From contig JAFUOD010000002.1 in assembly GCA_017472735.1 (NCBI GenBank), positions 68,226 to 132,225 of the forward strand: a DNA stretch of 64,000 nt, written 5' to 3'. The number at the start of each line of letters is the position of its first letter. The stretch's first letter is position 1. A model generated the notes under the pieces. That model was given only the letters and a program-made list of their open reading frames with translations, had not been told where the DNA came from and did no database searches. A program made the position numbers and the translations under genes. Source of the stretch: Oscillospiraceae bacterium. GTDB taxonomy: Bacteria > Bacillota > Clostridia > Oscillospirales > Ruminococcaceae. Positions 8,388 to 17,398 of this stretch are shown here, piece by piece.

Positions 8388-10619
8388 TTACTTTGTGCGA
8401 GCTTTGCTTACAAGATGGTTGCTTTCTTTATAAGGGCGAACAAGCAAGTAGATGATTGTTGCCAAAAGCAAAACTGCAACAATAACGCCAAAGATGTTTG
8501 CTGTACCTGTGAAGATAAGTCCCAGCTGATATACAATGAATGAGCAAACATATGCAAAAATTGTCATATAACCAACTGCGAACCAACTCCACTTGGGGTT
8601 GTTCATTTCACGCTTGATAGCACCGATTGCTGCGAAGCAAGGAGCGCACAAGAGGTTGAAGATCATAAAGCTGAAGCCTGCAAGCTTGCTGCCACCGAAT
8701 ATTTCCCGGCCGATAAGTGCAAGCTCGTTGCTGCCTTCTTCAACAAGGGCAAAGGCAAGGTCAGCGTCTGCCATAGAGGAGAGTGAACCGAATACACCAA
8801 CAACTTCTTCCTTAGCAACAAGACCCAAAACGGTGGCAACTGCTGCCTGCCAGTTACCAAAGCCCAAGGGCTTGAATATTACTGCAATTGCAGAGCCGAT
8901 CACGTTAAGAATAGATGCTTCGTCACCTGTGATATAGTGCAAACCGCCCTCAAAGGTGAGGCTGTTGAGAACCCAAATTACAACGCTTGCGGCAACGATA
9001 ACTGTACCTGCACGCTTAATGAAGGACCAACCGCGTTCCCATGTAGAGTGGAAGATGTTTCTTGCAACGGGGAAGTGGTAAGCAGGAAGCTCGATAACAA
9101 ATGGAGCAGGATCGCCTGCAAACTGCTTGGTTTTCTTTAAGATAATGCCCGAAACGATAACTGCGGCAATACCGATGAAGTAAGCGGCAGTTGCGATCCA
9201 AGCGCTGTTGCCAAAGAGGGCTGCAGCGATCAAACCAACTATAGGCATTTTAGCGCCGCAGGGGATAAAGCCGGTGGTGATGATAGTCATTCTTCTGTCA
9301 CGTTCCTGTTCGATCGTACGGGATGCCATGATACCGGGTACGCCGCAACCTGAAGCGATGAGCATGGGAATAAAGGACTTACCGGAAAGACCGAACTTTC
9401 TGAAGATTCTATCCATAATAAAAGCAACACGAGCCATGTAGCCGCAGTCTTCTAAAACAGAGAGAAGCAGGAAGAGGATAAGCATCTGAGGTACGAAGCC
9501 CAAAACAGCACCTACGCCACCAACAATACCGTCCTGAATAAGGGAGTAAAGCCATTCCCAAATAACAGGTGTGCCATCAGCGTTTAAAAGAACCATATCC
9601 AAAAGTTCGGGAATGCTTAACCAGCTTGCCATAAATGTATCGGGGTAGGTTTCTGCGAACGAACCGAACAAGCCGTCGTTCATAAATACAACTGTCCAGT
9701 CACCAATGGTGCCGATGGAAAGAGTATATACAAGCCACATTGCAAGTGCAAAAATGGGAAGTGCCAACCAGCGGTTGGTAACAATTCTGTCGATCTTATC
9801 GGAAACAGAAAGCGCGCCTGCGTTTTTCTTCTTGTAGCAAGCCTTGATAAGCGAGCCTATGTAAATGTAACGCTCGTTGGTGATGATGCTTTCAGAGTCA
9901 TCGTCCATTTCCTTTTCAGCTGCGGCAATGTCTTCCTCAATGTGAGACAAAACTTCAGCGTTAAGGCCTAAATCTGCCAAAACCTTTTCGTCTCGCTCGA
10001 AAATTTTAATAGCATACCAGCGTTGTTGTTCTGCAGGCATATCGTGAACTGCGGCTTCCTCAATGTGAGCCAAAGCGTGTTCAACTGCACCGTTAAAGGT
10101 GTGCATGGGCACAGTCTTGCCGTTCTTTGCAGCTTCGATAGCAGCTTCTGCAGCCTCCATAATACCATCGCCTTTAAGAGCCGAGATCTCAATGATCTTG
10201 CAGCCGAGCTGACGGGAAAGCTCGTCGGTATTTATCTTGTCGCCGTTCTTTCTTACAACGTCCATCATGTTGATAGCGATTACAACGGGAATACCAAGTT
10301 CGGTGAGCTGAGTTGTTAAGTAAAGGTTTCTTTCAAGGTTGGTGCCGTCAATGATGTTCAAAATAGCATCGGGACGTTCGCCAATGAGGTAGTTTCTTGC
10401 AACTACTTCTTCAAGAGTGTAGGGGGAAAGCGAGTAGATACCGGGAAGGTCGGTGATTACAACGCCGTCGTGCTTTTTAAGTTTACCTTCTTTGTATTCA
10501 ACGGTAACGCCGGGCCAGTTGCCAACAAACTGGTTAGAACCGGTGAGAGCGTTGAAAAGTGTTGTTTTGCCGCAGTTGGGGTTACCAGCCAGCGCAATTC
10601 TAATGCCCTTGTTGTCCAT
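8388..10619 (-). CDS. feoB: Ferrous iron transporter FeoB
   Basis: N-terminal G-domain IALAGNPNCGKTTLFNALTG..DLPGIYSL followed by a large polytopic permease; 743 aa. Confidence 0.95.
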   Translation of the reverse strand: MDNKGIRIALAGNPNCGKTTLFNALTGSNQFVGNWPGVTVEYKEGKLKKHDGVVITDLPGIYSLSPYTLEEVVARNYLIGERPDAILNIIDGTNLERNLYLTTQLTELGIPVVIAINMMDVVRKNGDKINTDELSRQLGCKIIEISALKGDGIMEAAEAAIEAAKNGKTVPMHTFNGAVEHALAHIEEAAVHDMPAEQQRWYAIKIFERDEKVLADLGLNAEVLSHIEEDIAAAEKEMDDDSESIITNERYIYIGSLIKACYKKKNAGALSVSDKIDRIVTNRWLALPIFALAMWLVYTLSIGTIGDWTVVFMNDGLFGSFAETYPDTFMASWLSIPELLDMVLLNADGTPVIWEWLYSLIQDGIVGGVGAVLGFVPQMLILFLLLSVLEDCGYMARVAFIMDRIFRKFGLSGKSFIPMLIASGCGVPGIMASRTIEQERDRRMTIITTGFIPCGAKMPIVGLIAAALFGNSAWIATAAYFIGIAAVIVSGIILKKTKQFAGDPAPFVIELPAYHFPVARNIFHSTWERGWSFIKRAGTVIVAASVVIWVLNSLTFEGGLHYITGDEASILNVIGSAIAVIFKPLGFGNWQAAVATVLGLVAKEEVVGVFGSLSSMADADLAFALVEEGSNELALIGREIFGGSKLAGFSFMIFNLLCAPCFAAIGAIKREMNNPKWSWFAVGYMTIFAYVCSFIVYQLGLIFTGTANIFGVIVAVLLLATIIYLLVRPYKESNHLVSKARTK

Positions 10620-10648
10620 ATTTATCTCCGTTTCTTTTAGATGATTTC

Positions 10649-10666
10649 GGTTAGCTTAGGCTAACC
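10649..10666. promoter_or_regulatory. Candidate DtxR-family operator (site 1, between feoA and feoB)
   Basis: GGTTAGC-TTAG-GCTAACC palindrome. Its 16-nt core is identical, as reverse complement, to site 3. Confidence 0.55.
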
Positions 10667-10713
10667 CTTGTGCCAATTTTTAAGGGCTTAATGCCCTTTT
10701 GCTGATTCAAAGG

Positions 10714-10932
10714 TTATTCAACCTCGATGTTATCAGCGTCAGCTTTTCTTAACGAAAGCTCATAGCCTCTAACGGTAACTTCAATAGGATCGCCTAAGGG
10801 TGCTACCTTGCGAACGTAAACAGAAACGCCCTTGGTAATGCCCATATCCATAATTCGGCGCTTTACAGCACCTTCGCCGTTAAGCTTTTTAACTGTAACG
10901 GTCTGTCCGATCTTAGCCTCTTTAAGAGTCAT
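10714..10932 (-). CDS. feoA: FeoA-family protein
   Basis: 72 aa SH3-like FeoA pattern: L..a..Gq.v.V..l.g....rRim.mGi..G..v.v. Confidence 0.85.
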   Translation of the reverse strand: MTLKEAKIGQTVTVKKLNGEGAVKRRIMDMGITKGVSVYVRKVAPLGDPIEVTVRGYELSLRKADADNIEVE

Positions 10933-10985
10933 CGCACTTCCTCCTCAAAAAAATTATATTGTAAAAACAGTTTATTAAAACTGAA

Positions 10986-11198
10986 CTATACCATAATTTT
11001 GCTTGCCATTTCCTCGCTTATAGCAATTCGTGACTCTTTAATGTTAACGATTATGTTGCCGCCGAGGCGCGAAATGATTCTAACTGCGGAGCCAGCAACA
11101 AATCCTAAATCTTCGAGGTGCTGTTTAACCTCGGGCTTACCGCTGATTTTCTTGATTATATTTTCATCTCCGGGTGTGGCAAATGTTAACGGCATCAT
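10986..11198 (-). CDS. feoA: FeoA-family protein (second copy)
   Basis: 70 aa; LEDLGFVAGSAVRIIS..GNIIVNIKESRIAISEEMASKI is a FeoA fold pattern. Confidence 0.8.
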   Translation of the reverse strand: MMPLTFATPGDENIIKKISGKPEVKQHLEDLGFVAGSAVRIISRLGGNIIVNIKESRIAISEEMASKIMV

Positions 11199-11251
11199 AA
11201 TAGCCCTCCATCAACTGTATAAAACGCCTTGAAAGACGGTAGATTTCATTA

Positions 11252-11269
11252 AGTTAGCGTTTGCTAACT
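11252..11269. promoter_or_regulatory. Candidate DtxR-family operator (site 2, upstream of the feoA operon)
   Basis: AGTTAGC-GTTT-GCTAACT palindrome about 55 nt upstream of the first feoA. Confidence 0.55.
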
Positions 11270-11348
11270 AATAGTATAATACATCATTCGAGGCTTGAAA
11301 GTCAACGAAAAAACCGTTAAAAAAGCAATTTTGTATGAATGACGATAT

Positions 11349-11364
11349 GTTAGCCTAAGCTAAC
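11349..11364. promoter_or_regulatory. Candidate DtxR-family operator (site 3, divergent feoA/regulator region)
   Basis: GTTAGC-CTAA-GCTAAC, the exact reverse complement of the site 1 core. Confidence 0.55.
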
Positions 11365-11497
11365 TGAACTTTTTGTTCACTTTGCATACAAACCGGGGGC
11401 AAGCAGATTTTTTATAGATAATATATTTCTTTTGCGCTTGAAAAATGTGCAAATTTGTGTTATTCTTATTAAAACAAAACTTTAAGGAGGATTTACC

Positions 11498-11863
11498 GTG
11501 GGATTGCAGGAATCGGGCGAGATGTATTTAGAAACTATATATATTCTTTCTAAAAAGCTTGGCGGCGTGCGTGCGATTGATGTTTCGGAGCATATGGGAT
11601 ATTCTAAGCCCAGTGTAAGCCGTGCTGTGGGAATCCTTAAAAAAGGCGGCTACTTAATTACCGATAATGACGGATACCTTGTCCTTACGGATGAGGGAAG
11701 GAAAATTGCCGAAAAGACTTATGAACGTCACAGCGTTTTGCTTGATCTGTTCAGAAGGATCGGTGTAAGCGAGCAAACAGCGGCAGACGATGCCTGCAAG
11801 ATCGAGCACGATATTTCGGACGAAACCTTTGAAGCGATTAAAAAATTCGTTAAGAATATGTAA
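11498..11863 (+). CDS. DtxR/MntR-family metal-dependent transcriptional repressor (short form, no SH3 domain)
   Basis: ESGEMYLETIYIL..RAIDVSEHMGYSKPSVSRAVGILKKGGYL winged helix plus a dimerisation helix. GTG start after a GGAGG RBS. Confidence 0.85.
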   Translation: MGLQESGEMYLETIYILSKKLGGVRAIDVSEHMGYSKPSVSRAVGILKKGGYLITDNDGYLVLTDEGRKIAEKTYERHSVLLDLFRRIGVSEQTAADDACKIEHDISDETFEAIKKFVKNM

Positions 11864-11867
11864 AAAC

Positions 11868-11901
11868 CAACCCACGCTTGAAAAATCGAGTGTGGGTTTT
11901 T
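11868..11901. terminator. Hairpin shared by the convergent regulator gene and small-protein operon
   Basis: AACCCAC/GTGGGTT 7-bp stem with flanking A-run and T-run. The loop is long, so this is weak. Confidence 0.45.
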
Positions 11902-12253
11902 ATATCAGCAAATATCCAAGTGCTAAAATAAGCTTAATGTCAGCATTGTTTTTGTAAAGAATAAACAGCAGGATAAGAATAAGCAGTTTTTCCGAGTCGA
12001 TGTTTGAACTGCCCGAAAAAAGCGAGCTTATTATATCGTTTTGCTTATGAATGGGCGGTGGGTTGTGATGCTGTTGTTTGTGCTGAGGCTTTGGTGCGGC
12101 GCTCGGCGCCGAGGTCGGGGCAGCGGCTTGGTCAGGCTCGGGCGGCGCATTTTGTTCAAACACAAGGCTTTTCGAGCGCTTTTGCATATCTCTCATGCGC
12201 TCCAAAGCCTCAAGCTGCATACGGCTAAAGCCCTGTTCATCATAATAAGCCAA
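11900..12253 (-). CDS. Hypothetical protein: Pro/Gln-rich middle, hydrophobic C-terminus
   Basis: 117 aa ORF whose start overlaps the end of the upstream ORF by 14 nt. No family recognised. Confidence 0.5.
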   Translation of the reverse strand: MAYYDEQGFSRMQLEALERMRDMQKRSKSLVFEQNAPPEPDQAAAPTSAPSAAPKPQHKQQHHNPPPIHKQNDIISSLFSGSSNIDSEKLLILILLFILYKNNADIKLILALGYLLI

Positions 12254-12620
12254 GCAAATCGCCTCCCGAATCTAAAAGTCCGCTTTCTTTAATAACAGGC
12301 CAAAGGTTTAAAAGCTTTATAAGCTTAATTGCCTTGTCAACGCGTTCGTGCTTTTCCTCGGCTAAAAGAGGCTTAAGCGCGCACAAAAAGTTAATGTTTT
12401 CGTCGTCCTTCGAGCATTCTTTAAACTTTGATAAAAGTCCCATTACCGTAACGATATCAAAGGGCATATCACTTGGCGATGGGTTAGCAGGCAGTTGGGG
12501 CGTTTCGGGCAAAGCAGGTGCTTCGCCCGTAAGCCCAAGCATGGAAGCAAGCTCTGAGAGCTGCTTTAAGCTTTGCTCGTCGGACAGTATCTCCGATATT
12601 TTTGAAGCTATGTCTTCCAT
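12240..12620 (-). CDS. Hypothetical protein (126 aa)
   Basis: ORF in an operon with its neighbours. Acidic N-terminal helix, Pro-rich linker, C-terminal LKPLLAEEKHERVDKAIKLIKL segment. No family recognised. Confidence 0.5.
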   Translation of the reverse strand: MEDIASKISEILSDEQSLKQLSELASMLGLTGEAPALPETPQLPANPSPSDMPFDIVTVMGLLSKFKECSKDDENINFLCALKPLLAEEKHERVDKAIKLIKLLNLWPVIKESGLLDSGGDLLGLL

Positions 12621-12645
12621 ACAGGTCCTCCGTTAAAATGTGCGT

Positions 12646-12882
12646 TTAGCCGAACAGCTTTTTCATAAGCTCCTTTGCCTGAGGGCTTGAAAGAATCGCA
12701 TTTGCGGTTACGGGGTTCGATAATGCTTTTGTCAGCTTTTGTGCGTCTGCTTGTGGCAGGGTTGAAAGCAAACGGTCGAAGGTGCCGTTTTTAAGCTCGG
12801 TTTTAAGCTGTGCTTCTGTTACGCCAAGCTTTTGAGATGCCGATTTTATAAGTGCCTCTTGCTGTGATTGCGATAAGTTCAT
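12646..12882 (-). CDS. Hypothetical small helical protein (78 aa)
   Basis: First ORF of the three-gene minus-strand cluster; GGAG-type RBS upstream. No family recognised. Confidence 0.5.
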   Translation of the reverse strand: MNLSQSQQEALIKSASQKLGVTEAQLKTELKNGTFDRLLSTLPQADAQKLTKALSNPVTANAILSSPQAKELMKKLFG

Positions 12883-12958
12883 AAGTGAGTCTCCTTGTAT
12901 TGAAATGTTTGAAAATATATGCTAAAATAAAAGAAATATTTGTGCGGAGGTAAAACGC

Positions 12959-13435
12959 TTGAAGATCGTTGCATTTTCCGATTCTCACCGCCGAAGCGAC
13001 AGGGTGGATAAGCTTTTTGAAAAAACTAATCTTTATACCGACTTATATATCTTCACGGGTGACGGACTTGATGATGTTGAAAATATGTTTTATATTTACC
13101 CCGATAAGAAGATTCTGTGCGTTTCGGGCAACTGCGATATTGCGGCAACCGAACCTTATGTGAGAGAGGTTGAGTGCTGCGGCAAAAAGGTTGTTTTTAC
13201 GCATGGGCACATGCAGCACGCAAAGTTTGGCATGGGCGGGCTTAAAAACCTCGCAAAGCAAACGGGTGCCGATGTTGTTATATTCGGCCACACCCACGAA
13301 AAAGTATGCAAATATGAAGACGGGATATATTACATCAACCCGGGCAGTCTCGGCATTCCTCATGACGGAACGCCTGCCTATGCCGTTATTGATATATCCG
13401 AAAAGGGCGTTTTGTGTTCGCACGTCGCTCTGTAA
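12959..13435 (+). CDS. YfcE/MJ0936-family metallophosphoesterase
   Basis: FSDSH..GDG..GNCD..THGH..GHTH motif series. TTG start after a GGAGG RBS. Confidence 0.8.
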   Translation: MKIVAFSDSHRRSDRVDKLFEKTNLYTDLYIFTGDGLDDVENMFYIYPDKKILCVSGNCDIAATEPYVREVECCGKKVVFTHGHMQHAKFGMGGLKNLAKQTGADVVIFGHTHEKVCKYEDGIYYINPGSLGIPHDGTPAYAVIDISEKGVLCSHVAL

Positions 13436-13506
13436 CAGTATATGATGCTATAAAGCTGAAGTTGCAGCTTTTGCAAAATAAATAAGAAAAAAGGAAGTAA
13501 TGACTG

Positions 13507-14229
13507 ATGTTAGAGCAGCTTAAAAAAGAAGTTTATGAAGCAAATATGCTTTTGCCCAAATATGGGCTTATCACATTTACATGGGGTAATGTTTCGGGCA
13601 TAGACCGTGAAAAGGGGCTTATCGTTATCAAGCCCTCGGGCGTTGAATATGACGTTATGAAGCCCGAGGATATGGTTGTTGTTGACCTTGAAGGCAACGT
13701 TGTTGAGGGCGATCTGAACCCCTCGAGCGACACCCCCACACATATCGAATTTTATAAGGCATTTCCAAATATCGGCGGCGTGACCCACACGCACTCCACT
13801 TTTGCTACCTCGTTTGCACAGGCAGGCTGCGGCATTTTGCCTCTTGGCACAACACACGGCGACTATTTCTATGGCAAAATTCCCTGCACCAGAAAAATGA
13901 AACCCGAAGAAATTGCAACCGAATATGAAAAGAACACAGGCCTTGTTATTGTTGAAACCTTTAAGAAGGAAAGAATCGACCCCGACGCTATTCCTGCAGT
14001 TCTTGTTCATTCTCACGGACCTTTCACATGGGGCAAAGATGCCGTTGATTCGGTTCATCACTCGGTTATTTTAGAGGAATGTGCTAAGATGGCGCTTTAT
14101 GCAAATTTGATAAAGACTTCTACATACGAAAACCGTGTGCCGCCGATGCAGCAGGAGCTTTTGGATAAGCACTATTTGCGTAAGCACGGTGCAAACGCTT
14201 ATTACGGCCAAAGCCGCCCCAAGAAGTGA
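13507..14229 (+). CDS. araD: L-ribulose-5-phosphate 4-epimerase
   Basis: [49 protein letters not shown] is a class II aldolase/AraD signature. Confidence 0.85.
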   Translation: MLEQLKKEVYEANMLLPKYGLITFTWGNVSGIDREKGLIVIKPSGVEYDVMKPEDMVVVDLEGNVVEGDLNPSSDTPTHIEFYKAFPNIGGVTHTHSTFATSFAQAGCGILPLGTTHGDYFYGKIPCTRKMKPEEIATEYEKNTGLVIVETFKKERIDPDAIPAVLVHSHGPFTWGKDAVDSVHHSVILEECAKMALYANLIKTSTYENRVPPMQQELLDKHYLRKHGANAYYGQSRPKK

Positions 14230-14267
14230 TAATAAGGTCAAATAATCAAGTCGGTTTACAAAAATTA

Positions 14268-14298
14268 AGCTCTCTCCAATGCAGGAGGGAGCTTTTTT
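14268..14298 (+). terminator. Rho-independent terminator of araD
   Basis: GCTCTCTCC/GGAGGGAGC stem (one mismatch) followed by TTTTTT. Confidence 0.7.
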
Positions 14299-14424
14299 GC
14301 GCGCCGACGTCGCGCGGTGCGCCTAAGCGAAGCGAGGGCTGTACGCGCGGTGGAGGCGCCGCCGGCCGCCGTTCCTCGCCGCTGCGCTTCGCGCAGCGCT
14401 CGGCTTCGCCGTCAGACGGCACCG
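14299..14424. repeat. GC-rich hairpin-mosaic intergenic element, copy B
   Basis: Contains modules CGCCGACGTCG (14302-14312), AGCGAAGCGAG (14326-14336), CGGTGGAGGCGC (14348-14359) and GCCGTC-A-GACGGCAC (14408-14422), plus hairpin CTGCGC-TTC-GCGCAG. Confidence 0.8.
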
Positions 14425-14465
14425 TTCAACGATTGACTTTATATTATCATGTGTTATAATAATTT

Positions 14466-14630
14466 CGTTATTTCAGGGAAACAGGTGAAACTCCTGTACT
14501 GGCACGCAGCCGTGTGGCGCACAAATTTATCCGTCTTACCCGTATCCGCAAAATCGGGGACAAAGCCATTGAGATCATTCTTGAGAAGGCGATGGATAAG
14601 CGCTTAGTCGAAATACCTGGATAGCAATTG
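14466..14630 (+). promoter_or_regulatory. Cobalamin (B12) riboswitch candidate
   Basis: AGGGAAACAGGTGAAACTCCTGTACTGGCACGCAGCCGTG core, with a B12-box-like AGTCGAAATACCTGG near 14607-14621. It lies upstream of a DUF4430 lipoprotein and an ECF S-component gene. Confidence 0.65.
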
Positions 14631-14700
14631 CCTTGTGAATGATCTGCGAGCGCCGGAAAAGCGAGGACAAGCTATATTAAAAAATAAAGGAGAAGCAAAA

Positions 14701-15147
14701 ATGTTAAAGACAAGATTATTGAAATCGTTGTCGTTTATCCTTTGTATTGTGCTAATTGCGGCTATGGCACTTTTTGCAACAGGCTGTAACGGCAACACAC
14801 AGGAGGACGGCGGAGAAAATCAGGCACAGCCAAACACCGAAGCTACAGTTTTGGGCGAGGGTGAAACTGTGTTCGATTTCGTTGTCGTCGATAAGGACGG
14901 AAACGAGACTAAGTTTGAGATCCACACAAACAAGACTGTTGTAGGTGAGGCTTTATTAGATCTCGAACTTATTGCAGGTGATGAGGGAGAATTCGGACTT
15001 TATGTGAAAACCGTAAACGGCATTACTGCCGATTATGAGGTTGACGGCACCTACTGGGCGTTCTATATCAACGGAGAGTATGCCATTACGGGTGTTGACT
15101 CAACACCTATTACCGATGGCGAAGTATACACCTTTAAGGTTGAGTAA
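14701..15147 (+). CDS. DUF4430-domain lipoprotein (transcobalamin-like fold; putative surface corrinoid-binding protein)
   Basis: Lipobox LFATGC. C-terminal YWAFYINGEYAITGVDSTPITDGEVYTFKVE is typical of DUF4430. AAGGAG RBS precedes the ATG at 14701. Confidence 0.7.
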   Translation: MLKTRLLKSLSFILCIVLIAAMALFATGCNGNTQEDGGENQAQPNTEATVLGEGETVFDFVVVDKDGNETKFEIHTNKTVVGEALLDLELIAGDEGEFGLYVKTVNGITADYEVDGTYWAFYINGEYAITGVDSTPITDGEVYTFKVE

Positions 15148-15149
15148 GC

Positions 15150-15668
15150 GTGAAGTTAAGCGTTAAAGAAATTGTCGTTTTCGGTATGCTCGGCGGCTTG
15201 ATGTATGCCTCTAAAGTAATAATGGAAGCGTTACCGAACGTTCATCTTCTTGGGGTGCTTACAATCGCGTTCACCGTGGTATATCGCAAAAAAGCACTTT
15301 ATCCGATATACATTTATGTTTTGCTGAACGGTTTGTTTGCAGGCTTCAACATGTGGTGGATACCGTACTTGTATATATGGACACTTCTTTGGGGTGCTGT
15401 AATGCTTTTGCCTAAAAACATGCCAAAGAGTGTGGCACCAATCGTATATATGTGCCTTTGTGCGGCTCACGGATTCCTGTTCGGCACACTTTATGCGCCT
15501 GCGCAGGCATTGATGTTCGGGCTCGATCTTGAACAAACAATTGCGTGGATAATAGCAGGCCTACCTTGGGATATAGTTCACGGTATCAGCAATTTTTTCT
15601 GCGGAATATTGATAATACCAATAGTTAAGCTTCTGCTGCGCGCCGAAAGCTATACCCGAAGTGCATAA
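15150..15668 (+). CDS. ECF-transporter S-component-like membrane protein (B12-related by context)
   Basis: 172 aa with about 6 TM helices. Translationally adjacent to the DUF4430 gene and under the same riboswitch. Confidence 0.6.
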   Translation: MKLSVKEIVVFGMLGGLMYASKVIMEALPNVHLLGVLTIAFTVVYRKKALYPIYIYVLLNGLFAGFNMWWIPYLYIWTLLWGAVMLLPKNMPKSVAPIVYMCLCAAHGFLFGTLYAPAQALMFGLDLEQTIAWIIAGLPWDIVHGISNFFCGILIIPIVKLLLRAESYTRSA

Positions 15669-15685
15669 CAGCTAACAAAACAATA

Positions 15686-15716
15686 AAGCTCCTCGTTAAA
15701 GAGGAGCTTTATTTTT
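15686..15716. terminator. Bidirectional Rho-independent terminator
   Basis: AAAGCTCCTC/GAGGAGCTTT 10-bp stem flanked by A- and T-runs, between convergent genes. Confidence 0.8.
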
Positions 15717-17220
15717 ATCCATGATAGAGATTCTTTGTTTGATAAACAGCCTCGCAGGTTACGTTAATGCCAAGCTTGTTAAAGGTTTTCATATCAACCG
15801 AGCTTAAAATTACCGTCGAGTGAACCTCGCAGCCCTTAAGCTTTTTAAGCTGTTCAAGCGCAAGTTGTGCGGTGGGGTTGGTTGCGGCGCAAATGCTTAA
15901 TGCCAGCAAAACTTCATCAGTATGAAGCCTTGGGTTTTCGTTGCCAAGGTGGTTTACCTTAAGCTTCTGAATAGGCTCGATAACAACCGGCGAAATAAGC
16001 AGAATGTCATCGGCAATGCCTGCAAGCTCTTTAAGTGCGTTTAACAAAAGTGCCGCAGAGGCGCCCAAAAGCGAGCTTGTCTTGCCTGTTATAATTCTTC
16101 CGTCCGGCAATTCCATTGCGGCGGCAGGGTTGCCTGTAGCCTCGGCTTTTTGAAGTGCCGGGGTAACAACAGCACGGCTTGTTTCGCTAATACCCGCTTT
16201 TTTCATCAAAAGCTCAATTTTTAAAACCTCGTCCTCAGTGGCATCGCCCTTGCGTGCCTTGCAAAGGGTGGTGTAATAACGGCGAATGATCTCCTGCTTC
16301 GAGGCTTCACAGCAAGCGTCATCATCAAAAATACAGAAGCCTGCCATGTTAACGCCCATGTCGGTAGGAGATTTATAAGGCGACTCGCCCAAAATCATTG
16401 TAAACATTGCGTCTAAAACAGGGAAAACTTCGATATCTCGGTTATAGTTAACTGCCAAATCGCCGTAAGCCTCAAGATGATAAGGATCGATCATGTTAAC
16501 ATCGTTAAGGTCGGCGGTTGCGGCTTCATAAGCTAAGTTAACGGGGTGATTTAGGGGTATGCTCCAAATAGGGAAGGTCTCGAATTTGGCATAGCCTGCT
16601 TTAATTCCACGCTTATGGTCGTGATAAAGCTGAGAAAGGCAGGTTGCCATTTTTCCGCTTCCGGGTCCGGGTGCAGTTATAACAATAAGCTCACGGGTGG
16701 TTTCAATATAATCGTTTTTGCCATATCCGTCGTCGCTTATTACTTTTTTAAGGTCGCTGGGGTAGCCCTCGATATGATAGTGGCGGTAAACGGTTATGCC
16801 CAAAGTCTCAAGCTTGCGCTTAAAAGCATCAGCCGCAGGCTGACCCGCATATCTTGATAACACAACGCTTCCCACATAAAGACCGGCTTTGCGATAAGCG
16901 TCAATAAGTCTTAAAACGTCTAAGTCATAGGTGATGCCGATATCGCCTCTTACCTTGTTTTGTTCAATGTCGGCAGCGTTGATAACAACAACGACCTCTG
17001 CCTGGTCCTTAAGCTGCAAAAGCATCTGAAGCTTCGAATCGGGCTTAAATCCGGGCAAAACGCGTGAAGCATGATAGTCGTCAAAAAGCTTACCGCCGAA
17101 TTCGAGGTATAGCTTGCCGCCGAAATATTGTATACGTTCCTTGATGTGAGCAGACTGAGTAGATAAATATTTGTCATTATCAAAACCAAGCTTTGTCACA
17201 AAAATCCCCCCAAAAAACAA
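15715..17220 (-). CDS. DUF1846 (UPF0371) family protein
   Basis: [42 protein letters not shown] is characteristic of UPF0371. The true start may be the internal GTG at 17199. Confidence 0.8.
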   Translation of the reverse strand: MFFGGIFVTKLGFDNDKYLSTQSAHIKERIQYFGGKLYLEFGGKLFDDYHASRVLPGFKPDSKLQMLLQLKDQAEVVVVINAADIEQNKVRGDIGITYDLDVLRLIDAYRKAGLYVGSVVLSRYAGQPAADAFKRKLETLGITVYRHYHIEGYPSDLKKVISDDGYGKNDYIETTRELIVITAPGPGSGKMATCLSQLYHDHKRGIKAGYAKFETFPIWSIPLNHPVNLAYEAATADLNDVNMIDPYHLEAYGDLAVNYNRDIEVFPVLDAMFTMILGESPYKSPTDMGVNMAGFCIFDDDACCEASKQEIIRRYYTTLCKARKGDATEDEVLKIELLMKKAGISETSRAVVTPALQKAEATGNPAAAMELPDGRIITGKTSSLLGASAALLLNALKELAGIADDILLISPVVIEPIQKLKVNHLGNENPRLHTDEVLLALSICAATNPTAQLALEQLKKLKGCEVHSTVILSSVDMKTFNKLGINVTCEAVYQTKNLYHG

Positions 17221-17398
17221 AATACACCTAAGTATAACATTATTTCAGGAAACTTTCAAGTTATACCTAACCGAAAACTCTCACATATTTAAGCCCTGCG
17301 ATTTATGCGTTTTGCCAAACGGCACGAAAAAGCGAAGTATTACATATATTGAACTATGAAAATTAAAGATTTCCCTAACCGAAAGGGGTAGCAAATAG

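Noticed and set aside
17221-17398. Repeated CCTAACCGAAA motifs and CATA-type sequences upstream of dpaA as a sigma-K promoter.
   Set aside because: I could not align a convincing AC-N17-CATAnnnTA consensus. Two 11-nt repeats alone are insufficient evidence.
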